IMG/VR virus record: IMGVR_UViG_3300045004_000084
Strand: one strand, 5' to 3'
DNA from: a virus
Taxonomy: Duplodnaviria; Heunggongvirae; Uroviricota; Caudoviricetes
DNA: 64,000 bases
The notes under the pieces were generated by a model. The model did not search any database, had not been told where the DNA came from, and saw nothing but the letters and a program-made list of their open reading frames with translations. This document shows, in pieces, positions 9,608 through 18,218 of this stretch. Position numbers and translations under genes: made by a program. The number at the start of each line of letters is the position of its first letter. The stretch's first letter is position 1.

Positions 9608-10864
9608 TCAGATCAAGCACGGCCCGGGAGCCCGCTGCCCCTTGAGAGCAACGAGATCCGCGAAGACGTACGGAATGTTGTGTGCCTTGTGGAATTCAGA
9701 GGGGGACGCGGTCCAGACTCTGACTCCCTGAAAACGGCACTGAATCTCCGGGACGTACTTCGCGTACTCCCGATTCGTGTAGTACCAGAACGAGTTCTCG
9801 TTCATGAAGTTAACGTGCGTGGGATCTTGGAAGGCCCCGCGCCCGTCGCTCGACGGCGTTCCCGACAGAATCCATCCGCCGGGGGCGAGCACGCGGTAGA
9901 AGTCGTTCATCGCGAATACGAACTTCTCCCTCGGAACGTGCTCGAAAAAATCGAAGGCCCGGATAACCCCCACCGAATTATCGGCGAATGGCAGCGGCCC
10001 GTCTCCGATCCGGTGGATCACGTCCGCGTCGACCAGGTCGACCGTCGTGAATCCGGGCGGGGCGTTGTGGGCTCCCCCCAAATCGAGCTTCGCCAGGCCG
10101 CTGCGCTCGGCCCACCGCGTAGCAAGCGGATGGACGTAGCGATTCAGGTTGGCGAGTTGCTGCTTGGCGATCGCGGTTCCCTGGTCGACCGACGTGTTGT
10201 TATTTTTCTTGTCAAGAACCCGCCGGTACATGTACAGACAGTCGGGAACGTACACGAAGGCTACGTCGGCCAGATACGTCCGGCACACCAGGTCGTGGTC
10301 GTCACCTACGGCGAGAGTCGGATCGTGCCCGCCGCTCTTGTAGTACGCGTCGCGGTGCCAGGCCCGGACGTGGTTGGGACAGTAATAGACCTCGCTCAGC
10401 GAACGGGCGCAGGGCTCAAACGCTTTCTGGGCCTGATACTTCTTGCCCTCGTACTCGAAGTCGTAACCCCGCCACCCGTGGAAGTTCGAGTACTCCTCGC
10501 TCGTCCCGTTCGGATAGTAGCTGACGAAGTCCGAGTAGTAGAACCCGACGCCGGACTTTTCGACCTCGTTCTTGAGTACCATCAGGGCGTTGGGCGTCAG
10601 CATGTCGTCGTGGTCGAGTTCGACGTACACTTCGCCCGAACAACGCGTACAGGCGTATCGCTTGAGCGCCCCAATCCCCTTGCCGTTCGATGGCGCAATC
10701 ACGACCCGGCGGTCTTCGCGTATGACTGCCGGAATGTCGAACCGCTTCGGGCCGTTGGGCACAATCACCCACTCCCACTGGGTGTACGTCTGCGCGGTCA
10801 GCGACCGGTAGCAATCGAGCAGCCACCGGGGGTCGTTCGTCGGAGTGAACACGCTGAACTTCAC
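9608..10864 (-). CDS. Bifunctional glycosyltransferase family 2 (N-terminal) / class I SAM-dependent methyltransferase (C-terminal) fusion protein
   Basis: N-terminus 'FSVFTPTNDPRWLLDCYRSLTAQTYTQWEWVIV' is a typical GT2 start and the protein has a DHDD-like 'LDHDDML' motif. C-terminus 'IRAFDFFEHVPREKFVFAMNDFYRVLAPGGWILSGTP' matches the MTase type-11/12 motif (post-I region 'RVLKPGG'). Confidence 0.65.
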   Translation of the reverse strand: MKFSVFTPTNDPRWLLDCYRSLTAQTYTQWEWVIVPNGPKRFDIPAVIREDRRVVIAPSNGKGIGALKRYACTRCSGEVYVELDHDDMLTPNALMVLKNEVEKSGVGFYYSDFVSYYPNGTSEEYSNFHGWRGYDFEYEGKKYQAQKAFEPCARSLSEVYYCPNHVRAWHRDAYYKSGGHDPTLAVGDDHDLVCRTYLADVAFVYVPDCLYMYRRVLDKKNNNTSVDQGTAIAKQQLANLNRYVHPLATRWAERSGLAKLDLGGAHNAPPGFTTVDLVDADVIHRIGDGPLPFADNSVGVIRAFDFFEHVPREKFVFAMNDFYRVLAPGGWILSGTPSSDGRGAFQDPTHVNFMNENSFWYYTNREYAKYVPEIQCRFQGVRVWTASPSEFHKAHNIPYVFADLVALKGQRAPGPCLI

Positions 10865-10944
10865 AGTCCGCCCCCTCTCCCCACTGAAAAACGAAGCCGG
10901 CGGTAATTGCCGCCGGCCCCTTCCGGTTACATCGGACGGCCGAC

Positions 10945-11283
10945 TCAGCTCCCGATGGAGCTCGAGTACGCGCCCCAGCTCGGGTCGGTGGCGCTGACCG
11001 TGTTGTTGTTGACCTTGATGGTCTTCGTGACGTCGAGCGTCTCGTCGTAGAACAGCGGCGGCGGGGTGCGGACGATCACCAGATCGCCGTTGTCCAGGGC
11101 GTTCAGCAGCGCCCGACGCTTACGGCCCTGGGTCACGCCCGCGAAAGACTGGCGGGGGTCGCCGTCCAGTTCGTACTCTTCGCCGGCGGCGAGACGCTTG
11201 CCGCGAGGGCCGAGGAAGCCGAAGAACGCTTCCCGCCCGGTCATGTTCCGGACGAGCGTCTTCAGGTTGTCTTTGGCGGCCAT
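10945..11283 (-). CDS. Small structural-module protein (112 aa), unknown
   Basis: ORF with protein-like composition. Confidence 0.4.
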   Translation of the reverse strand: MAAKDNLKTLVRNMTGREAFFGFLGPRGKRLAAGEEYELDGDPRQSFAGVTQGRKRRALLNALDNGDLVIVRTPPPLFYDETLDVTKTIKVNNNTVSATDPSWGAYSSSIGS

Positions 11284-11373
11284 GTTCGAGTCCTCCTGAC
11301 TCGGGGGTGTAAACCGGGTCGGCGTTCCTGAACGGTGGAGTTACCGCAGGCCGGCCGCCCCGGTAGTGTAGCT

Positions 11374-11757
11374 TCAGCCGGCGAGTTCGCCAGCGAGAGC
11401 AGCCTGGAACGTCTTCACCGCCTGCGCGACCACGGGATCGGCGGCGAGGTTGGCGCTTGCATTCTTGATCAGGCTCTCTTCGTTGGTAGAGCCCTTGTAC
11501 CCGAGGGCGGCCATCTGCCCGTCGAGGTTGTGCGCGGCTTGCGCGATGAAGGAGGTCTGGGCCTGCGCCTGCTTGACCTGCTCCTGTTCGCGGACCTGGC
11601 TGAGTCGGCTGCCGATGCCGAGGAGGTACTCGACCTCCTGTTCGTTTTGGGGAACGATCCCGAAGTCGCTCGCCAACTTCTCGAGGAACACCGGGACGTA
11701 AATTTCTCGCGTCAGGAACGCGTGGGCATCCTGCGGAGTCATGGCTTCTTGCGACAT
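11374..11757 (-). CDS. Small structural-module protein (about 127 aa), Gln/Ala-rich, unknown
   Basis: Track ORF 11374..11826 trimmed to MSQEAMTPQDAH..., which has a GGGAGGG RBS 5 nt upstream. Confidence 0.4.
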   Translation of the reverse strand: MSQEAMTPQDAHAFLTREIYVPVFLEKLASDFGIVPQNEQEVEYLLGIGSRLSQVREQEQVKQAQAQTSFIAQAAHNLDGQMAALGYKGSTNEESLIKNASANLAADPVVAQAVKTFQAALAGELAG

Positions 11758-11865
11758 GCGAGCCCTCCCTGGCTGCATTGGGATGTTCGTGTGGAGAAGT
11801 GGTGACGCCTGTCTTGGCGCCACCACTTTTGTTACTTCAGGGCGCCCGGTTCACCCGGGCGATCA

Positions 11866-12798
11866 TCACGCGAAGTCGGCTCGCGCGACGGCATTCGTGT
11901 TGCCGATGGCCCCGCCGAGGGTCTCGTAGGCGAAGAACTCGAGCATGAACGCCTTGCGTTCGATGTACATCGTGGTGTCTTCCAAAACATACGATTTGCC
12001 CAGGAACTTCGGGTCCGCGAACATGAACATGCTGTCCGTCGGGACCAGGTCGTGCTTGATCGTGATGATCCAGCGCGCCCCCATGAAGTTCTGCTCGGAC
12101 CAGCCGTTGAAGAGGATGTCCTGCGACTTGTCGCCGCCGGTCTCCTCGCGGCCGAACTTCATGATCTCGCGGATCGTCAGGTTGTTGATCAAGCAGGTCG
12201 CCGTCTCCAGCCGGGAGATCGTGCGCGGCAGGATCTTGAAGCTGTCCTGCAGCGTTTCACGGGTGATCCCACCGTAGATGGTCTCCCACTGGACCTGACC
12301 CGACTGCTCGACGACCGAGTCGGCCGCCGACCCCAGCGCCGCGTTGACTGCGTCGATGAACTTTTTATCTTCTTCCGCCAGCATATCTTTGATGCTGTTG
12401 TCCGACAGCACCTGGCGGATGTCGATGTAGTAGGTCCGCAGTTCGTCCACGTCTTTCGTGAAGCGCGGCGTGACGATGCGGTCGAAGCTCACCCGGTAGC
12501 GCTGGCCCCGGATGTACAACGACATCGGGAGCGTGGCGAACGGGATGCTCATCGCAGCCGGCGAATCGGGCTCGCGATCGACGATCTTGACGGGCTTGTC
12601 AGTGTCGTACTGACGATCCAGGTCGTCGTTGCTGATTTGGACCGGCGGCAGGACGCGCCGGAAGAAGCCTTCTTCACGCATCCGATACCGCGTGAAGTCG
12701 TTGACCGAATCGAGAGCCCGCTTCTCCATGCCCGGAGTGGACAGGTAGTTCAGGAACGTCTCGTTCGCCAGTTGGATCTCGCTCGTGGCGGCAGGCAT
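11866..12798 (-). CDS. Candidate major capsid protein (310 aa, HK97-fold size class). Weak assignment
   Basis: Size and position downstream of the scaffold-like gene. No diagnostic motif. Confidence 0.3.
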   Translation of the reverse strand: MPAATSEIQLANETFLNYLSTPGMEKRALDSVNDFTRYRMREEGFFRRVLPPVQISNDDLDRQYDTDKPVKIVDREPDSPAAMSIPFATLPMSLYIRGQRYRVSFDRIVTPRFTKDVDELRTYYIDIRQVLSDNSIKDMLAEEDKKFIDAVNAALGSAADSVVEQSGQVQWETIYGGITRETLQDSFKILPRTISRLETATCLINNLTIREIMKFGREETGGDKSQDILFNGWSEQNFMGARWIITIKHDLVPTDSMFMFADPKFLGKSYVLEDTTMYIERKAFMLEFFAYETLGGAIGNTNAVARADFA

Positions 12799-12866
12799 TT
12801 TCAGACCTCCTTGTCTGTCGATCGGACGTCATGTCCGGGTTAGTGCTCCAGAGGAACGGGGGTTGG

Positions 12867-13424
12867 TTACAGGCCGCTGGCGCCTGGGTAGTGGCCCGGC
12901 CAGAATGCGAGCACCTTGTGACGGTCGGACTGGCGCTTGCGGGGCGCGCGGCTGACGTGGCCGACGATCGCCGTGGCTAGTTGCGGGGTGGCGGATTGCG
13001 TCTTCACGACGCTCTGGTTTGTCAGACGCCCGCCGGTGGTCTGATTGCTGTTGCTCGCGACAGCGCGGAGCGGCTGGTTCGGCAAGTACGTCTGGTCGTC
13101 GTCGTACTCGGTCGTCTCCAGCTCGTAGGCCCCCTTCGCGACGAGACCGTTGAGTGTGCCCGACGGCCCGATCGGGTACCACAGCGTCCCGCCGGAGTTG
13201 GTCACATCGGAATCGTAGCTGTTTTGCAGCAGGAAGATCGGCATGTGGTCGCCCGTGCAACCCATCTCGAACTCGCCTTCGTCGTTCAGGTGGACACACC
13301 GACCCTGGTAGGCGTCGATGGTCACGTTGCTCGACAGCTTGGCGGAGAAGTCGAGTGCCGCCATGTGGAACCACCCCTTCGGGGCGTCCAGCGTGTGGTC
13401 GAACATCTGGCGCGGATTAGCCAT
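12867..13424 (-). CDS. Head-module protein (185 aa), beta-rich. Possible decoration/auxiliary capsid protein
   Basis: ORF with protein-like composition between the scaffold-like gene and the capsid candidate. Confidence 0.4.
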   Translation of the reverse strand: MANPRQMFDHTLDAPKGWFHMAALDFSAKLSSNVTIDAYQGRCVHLNDEGEFEMGCTGDHMPIFLLQNSYDSDVTNSGGTLWYPIGPSGTLNGLVAKGAYELETTEYDDDQTYLPNQPLRAVASNSNQTTGGRLTNQSVVKTQSATPQLATAIVGHVSRAPRKRQSDRHKVLAFWPGHYPGASGL

Positions 13425-13491
13425 CTCAGTGGACCTCCATGTCCAGTGGGGTTGAGAATCGTTCTCGGTTTGGCCTCACGGCCGTTGGTGG

Positions 13492-13896
13492 TTAGCCGCC
13501 GATACCGAGGCCGGCGAGGAACACCTTGTCACTTTCCCGGACCTCCGAGGTCCGCCGCCCGACATACGGGCTGTCGAGCGAGCTGACGCCAGCGGCGCCC
13601 GCCTTCTTTTCCTGCACGGCCGTCCCGAGGGTACGGGGCCGGATCGTGTTGTTGACGTCGGCGGTCTTGATCAGGATCTCCAGCACCCGGGCCGGGTCCT
13701 TCAGCGCGGCGGCCGCCTTCTCGCGGTCCGCCGGGTCGATGCGCTCGTTCGCGATGAGTGCCTCGATCGCGGCCGGAATCAGGGCGGCAACCTTCTGGTC
13801 GGCCGCCCGCTTCACGGTCAACTCCTTCTCCGCGACCTCCAGCGCAGTCGCGCTGCACTGGACATAGTCGAGGAGTTTTTCGTTCAGGTCCGGCAT
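13492..13896 (-). CDS. Small alpha-helical head-module protein (134 aa), unknown
   Basis: ORF with protein-like composition. Confidence 0.4.
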   Translation of the reverse strand: MPDLNEKLLDYVQCSATALEVAEKELTVKRAADQKVAALIPAAIEALIANERIDPADREKAAAALKDPARVLEILIKTADVNNTIRPRTLGTAVQEKKAGAAGVSSLDSPYVGRRTSEVRESDKVFLAGLGIGG

Positions 13897-13954
13897 TTTA
13901 CGCCCTCCTTGGCGCTGTTCAGTTGGTGGAACTCGACCGGCGAGTTAACGCCAG

Positions 13955-15319
13955 TCAGTTGACGATCTCGGCGATGCACTTCTTCAGCTCGTCCCGCAGC
14001 CGTCGCTCGGCGGCCGTCTTGGCTTCGGAGAAGCGGAACCGCCCCTGCTTCTGGTACGTCTTCGCTGTCTTCACGAGCTGAATCAGGTTCCGACGAACCT
14101 GTTGAGCTTGTTTGACGCGGGCCATCTTCGTCGGGTCACCGCCAGCGCCGGCAAGGGGATCGCCGCCACCCGCGCCCGCAAGAGGATCACCGCCCGCACC
14201 AGCGAGTGGATCGCCGCCACCGCCTGCGCCGGCGAGCGGATCACCGCCGCCACCGCCGCCACTGCCCTGCAGTGCCGCCATGATCTCGTCAGGCGTCACG
14301 CCCATTTCCATCAGGGCCATGAGGAGCTGGTTGACCGCTTCCTCCTGACCGCCGCCACCGCCGCCACCGGCCATCGGGTCTCCGCCACCGCCGCCACCGG
14401 CCATCGCGCCGAGAGCCGACGGGTCCAGCCCGAGACCGCCGCCTTCGTCACCGCCGCCGCCACCGCCGCCGCCACCGCCTTCGTCACCGCCACCGCCGCT
14501 GTCGGACTTGCTCTCGCTCTTCGAGCCACTGTCCGAATCGCTGGACGAAGAACCGCTGTCCTCTTCGTCGGCGGCGCGCTTGTTGACAGCCTGCTTCTGG
14601 AACTCGACCAGGTAGTTCCCGGTCATGACGGCGGCGGCGAGCGCGTCGCGAATCGTCCCTTCGACCGCCGCCTGGACGGCCTGCTTCTCCTGCTCGTCGC
14701 CGTTAACGCCGGCAGCGGTAGCCGCCTGATACCCGGCCGCAGCGGCCTGGGCCACGGCAGCTTTCTGAACCTGCGGGGCCGGCGTGGTCTTCGCGGGGGT
14801 AGTCGGCGTCTTGACCGGAGTCGCAGGACTGGCGCCGGCGACCTTCTGACCTGCCGCCGCAATCGTGGCGAGAATGTCGTTGGCCTTCTTTTCGCTGAGC
14901 TTCTTCAGCTCCTCGAACTTCATCGACCCGTACTTCTCGTTGTCGTCGACGCTGGCCGGGTGGTCGGTGCCGGGATCGTCCTTCTTGTCCTTGTAGTTCT
15001 GCTCGTTGGCTTCGTCGTTACCGGTCTCGGTCGACGTCACGCCGATGTTGAATTGCTGGCTTTCCTGGTCGGGGCCTTTTTCCGACGCGGAGTCGACGTT
15101 GAGCGGAATCTGCTTCTTGACGTCGGACGAGTTCTCGCTCGAACGGGCGCCTTCCGCAGCGTTCTGGAGTTGGTCGTCGATGTTCTTGACGGGGTGGCTC
15201 GTTTCGCCGCCCACGGAGCCGGGCTCAGAGAGGGTGTCGGCCTTCTTCTGGGCCGCCGCCTTCTTTTCGCCTTGGACCTCCGCGAGGAAGCCGCGCAGTT
15301 GATCGAAGAGCTGAGGCAT
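13955..15319 (-). CDS. Acidic, low-complexity scaffold-like protein (454 aa) with Gly/Asp/Ser tracts and tandem 'GGGDPLAGAGG' peptide repeats
   Basis: Highly acidic, coiled-coil ends, internal Gly/Asp repeats (DNA 14120-14470). Its position upstream of the capsid candidate is typical of scaffolding proteins. Confidence 0.45.
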   Translation of the reverse strand: MPQLFDQLRGFLAEVQGEKKAAAQKKADTLSEPGSVGGETSHPVKNIDDQLQNAAEGARSSENSSDVKKQIPLNVDSASEKGPDQESQQFNIGVTSTETGNDEANEQNYKDKKDDPGTDHPASVDDNEKYGSMKFEELKKLSEKKANDILATIAAAGQKVAGASPATPVKTPTTPAKTTPAPQVQKAAVAQAAAAGYQAATAAGVNGDEQEKQAVQAAVEGTIRDALAAAVMTGNYLVEFQKQAVNKRAADEEDSGSSSSDSDSGSKSESKSDSGGGGDEGGGGGGGGGGDEGGGLGLDPSALGAMAGGGGGGDPMAGGGGGGGQEEAVNQLLMALMEMGVTPDEIMAALQGSGGGGGGDPLAGAGGGGDPLAGAGGDPLAGAGGGDPLAGAGGDPTKMARVKQAQQVRRNLIQLVKTAKTYQKQGRFRFSEAKTAAERRLRDELKKCIAEIVN

Positions 15320-15438
15320 TCCTTGTCACTCCTTGACTTTTGGGTCCGGCTTCCTGCCGTGCAGTCGGTCAACCGGCGTTAGACAGACCCGATTTTGCAA
15401 AACCGAAGAAATACCCGCAAGACCGACTTGCGGTTTTT

Positions 15439-16914
15439 TTACCCCAAACCGTTCTGTTTTACGATCAACTCCCGATAGAGAGGTTGATCGGGGTCGTTCC
15501 TCAACTCGTCGAGGAAGTAGAGTTGGTACACAGCATATTGCCGTGCAAGGGTTTCGGCTCCGCCGGCCGCCGACTTTGTCAGCCGACGTAGGCTCGGTCG
15601 GGGGGTGTCCTGAATGACCTCCCGGACTCCGCGATCGCCGATATGTTTGCGAGAAATCGAAATCTCGGACGCGATTTTCGCGGCCCAGTTTCGTTCCCGC
15701 TCGCTCGCCACAGCCCGGCCTGGGTCGCAGCTCCGATCGGCGAGCATCCGTTCGAGGTTGTCGCCGTCACCCACCAGGCGACCAAACACGCCGGGCAGGC
15801 AATCGGTGGCGTCCGGAGCGGAGGCGGTCTTCGTCAGCACGCCGACGGTGGGCATTGCCGGACGGAAGTTGGCCCAGCTCCGGTAAGAAAGAGCGATCTT
15901 CTCGGCGGTCATCGCCTGCCACACGCCGTCCTTGAGGACCGGCGACACCTCGATCACCTTGTACCCGTTAGTGCGGATCGGACGATCGAGAATGCTTTCC
16001 GTCATCTTGCCGTGAGCCAGATCCTGCTCCAGATCGGCCATGTCGTACGACAATTTGATAAGTCGGGCCGTTCGCTCGTCGACTTCGGCGTACCGCATGT
16101 ACGGCGGTACGGTCAGACCGTACAGCTCGGCTGCTTCGGCTCCGCCGATCACCCGACCGCTGGCTGCCTTCTGCATCTCACCCATGACGTACGCGATCCG
16201 GTCCGCTGGGCGGTACACGTCGCTGATGTCGAACCACGTCGGACTCGGGTTGTCGACGTGTAGAATGTGTCCGTCGTCGGCGACTTTCGTGAGGTTGTTA
16301 GTACACCCGCCGTACTTGCAGGTGTCTTCACGGCAGTATTCGGCACGGGTACGAGCCTGGTTGCCGCAGCCGCTGCACACGTCAAACGGGACGCGGCACG
16401 CCATGCTGACGCCCCAATCGCTCTCGCCCCGGGCCAGCTTTTCCATCTCCTTGTCGGCCACCAGTCCGCCGTTGCGGTCGGCGGCCTCTTTGGTGGAGTT
16501 CAGGGCGACGAGCAACTCGATCCGCTTCATCGCCTCGTTGAACGCGGCCAGCTTCACAACGCCGTAGGACTTCTGAGGGTCCTTGTTCTGGTGGTTGCGG
16601 TACCAGTAAGCCCCCTCTTTGGTGAGCGGCTTGGTCTCGAACGTCTTGTAGAACTTACGGCACGTCGCGCACTTGAACCCGTCGCCGTTGCGGTTCGGGC
16701 CGTAGAACTCGGTCGCGCCGATAGCGAGCAAGTGGATCGGCACCTCGCCCGGCCCCAGGCGTACGTTTCGCATGGCGTCGACGAACTGGTGACCGGCGCG
16801 CTTGATGAGCTGCTGCAGGTCGTGCCCTCTCAATCCGGCGCTGGCCGTCTTGATTTGCTCGACTGCGGCGCAACCGAAATCGTACGCTCCGGGCGTCGTC
16901 CTCTTGATCAGCAT
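15439..16914 (-). CDS. Head-module protein with a Cys cluster (CSGCGN...CREDTCKYGGC), 491 aa. Position is compatible with the portal/prohead-protease class. Unknown
   Basis: Long ORF with protein-like composition and a Cys-rich zinc-finger-like segment. Confidence 0.45.
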   Translation of the reverse strand: MLIKRTTPGAYDFGCAAVEQIKTASAGLRGHDLQQLIKRAGHQFVDAMRNVRLGPGEVPIHLLAIGATEFYGPNRNGDGFKCATCRKFYKTFETKPLTKEGAYWYRNHQNKDPQKSYGVVKLAAFNEAMKRIELLVALNSTKEAADRNGGLVADKEMEKLARGESDWGVSMACRVPFDVCSGCGNQARTRAEYCREDTCKYGGCTNNLTKVADDGHILHVDNPSPTWFDISDVYRPADRIAYVMGEMQKAASGRVIGGAEAAELYGLTVPPYMRYAEVDERTARLIKLSYDMADLEQDLAHGKMTESILDRPIRTNGYKVIEVSPVLKDGVWQAMTAEKIALSYRSWANFRPAMPTVGVLTKTASAPDATDCLPGVFGRLVGDGDNLERMLADRSCDPGRAVASERERNWAAKIASEISISRKHIGDRGVREVIQDTPRPSLRRLTKSAAGGAETLARQYAVYQLYFLDELRNDPDQPLYRELIVKQNGLG

Positions 16915-16925
16915 GTGAGTGCTCC

Positions 16926-18215
16926 TTACTTGTCAGGGCCTCTCGAGGCTTCTCTGCCGGACTGGATACCGCCGCCCATCAAGGCGCCGAGAATCGGGTT
17001 GCGGAGTTTTCCAATCCACAGATTCGTCCGCCCGGCGAATCCGGCCCGAGTCGCGGCACGCGCCGACGGAGTTCGGGCCGCCGCTGCCTGCGCCTTCGCC
17101 CGAGCAGCGGCCTCTTCGGCTTGCGCCTTAGCCACCTGTGCCTTGTACGAATTCAACGTCGCTTCGAGTGGCGCACGCCTGGCCGCCATGTCCTTCTGTA
17201 CTTGACCGTACAGAGTCTGCAGAAACGAATCGCTCGATCTGCGGCTCATGTCAATGAACCCGCCATGGGCGGCCAAGCGCCGGTTCAATTCGGCTAATTG
17301 CGTCGGCCCAAGATTGCGAGCTGCTCTCAAATAAGCATCGTTGGCTCCGGGTCCGCGAATGACCTTCGCGGCTGTCAGGGCTCTGATCCGATTCTGCAGA
17401 TCGGCCTGAGGAGCAGTGAAATTCTTAGCCGTCGATGCGGCCGTACTGGCGTTGAAGTTATGGTACCTCCGGCTGATATCCGGGCCGGCCTTGTCCGCCA
17501 TCGCCATCACAGTCGGGAACGCGATGGCTCCGGCCCCGGCTCCCTGGGCCACCCGCAATCCGCTGCGAGCGAGTTGCTTACCGCCCTCAGCCAGGTTGTT
17601 CAAGCTGAAGACGCTCTCGCCGCTGTCGACACCGACAAAATTCTGACTGGTGACAGGAGGCTTCGGGCCTGTCGTCACTGGACCCGTTCCTGCGGCAGTT
17701 CCTACGACATTTCCTCCACCAGCTACTGTGCCGGTTCCTGTGCCTGTCTCTTTGCTCATGCCCGGCTTCTCGTCCGGTTTCGGCTTCTTGGCGTTGAGCA
17801 ATTGGGATCCGCCGTATCCGGCCGCCGCCCCACCCAGGCCGCCCATGGCGAGTCCGGACAGGAAGTTCTTGAATCGGTTCCGCTTGCCGTCGCGGAGCAT
17901 ATTCAAGGCACCGAACGTGCTGCCGCCGATGAGGCTGCCGGCCAGCGCATACTGCTTATCCTTACTCAGACCTTTCCACCAGCCTTCGATACCGCCGGGC
18001 TTGGCGCTGCCAGCAGCGCCCTCACCACTGGCGGTTGCCGGCATAGTCGTCGGCGTTGTTGCCGGCGTTGTCAGATTTTTCCACCAGCGCTCGATACCGC
18101 TTGGCTTGGTGCTGCCAGCAGCACTGGCGGTTGCCGGCGTTGTCGTCGGCGCAGTCGTCGGCGTTGTCGTCGGCGTTGTCGTCGGCGTTGTCGTCGGTGA
18201 TGCCGGATCTCGCAT
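16926..18215 (-). CDS. Low-complexity virion protein: N-terminal Thr/Pro repeat (TTTPTTTPTTTP), glycine-zipper segments, Ala/Gln-rich C-terminus. Probable internal/ejected protein
   Basis: 12-bp DNA tandem repeats (about 18139-18198) encode the TTTP units. GxxxG runs (GGLGGAAAGYGG). Confidence 0.5.
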   Translation of the reverse strand: MRDPASPTTTPTTTPTTTPTTAPTTTPATASAAGSTKPSGIERWWKNLTTPATTPTTMPATASGEGAAGSAKPGGIEGWWKGLSKDKQYALAGSLIGGSTFGALNMLRDGKRNRFKNFLSGLAMGGLGGAAAGYGGSQLLNAKKPKPDEKPGMSKETGTGTGTVAGGGNVVGTAAGTGPVTTGPKPPVTSQNFVGVDSGESVFSLNNLAEGGKQLARSGLRVAQGAGAGAIAFPTVMAMADKAGPDISRRYHNFNASTAASTAKNFTAPQADLQNRIRALTAAKVIRGPGANDAYLRAARNLGPTQLAELNRRLAAHGGFIDMSRRSSDSFLQTLYGQVQKDMAARRAPLEATLNSYKAQVAKAQAEEAAARAKAQAAAARTPSARAATRAGFAGRTNLWIGKLRNPILGALMGGGIQSGREASRGPDK

Positions 18216-18218
18216 AGC

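Noticed and set aside
14102-15382. 426-aa plus-strand ORF antisense to the scaffold-like gene
   Set aside because: Mirror-image low-complexity translation of the Gly/Asp repeat region (poly-Ala/Thr/Arg). It is not coding.
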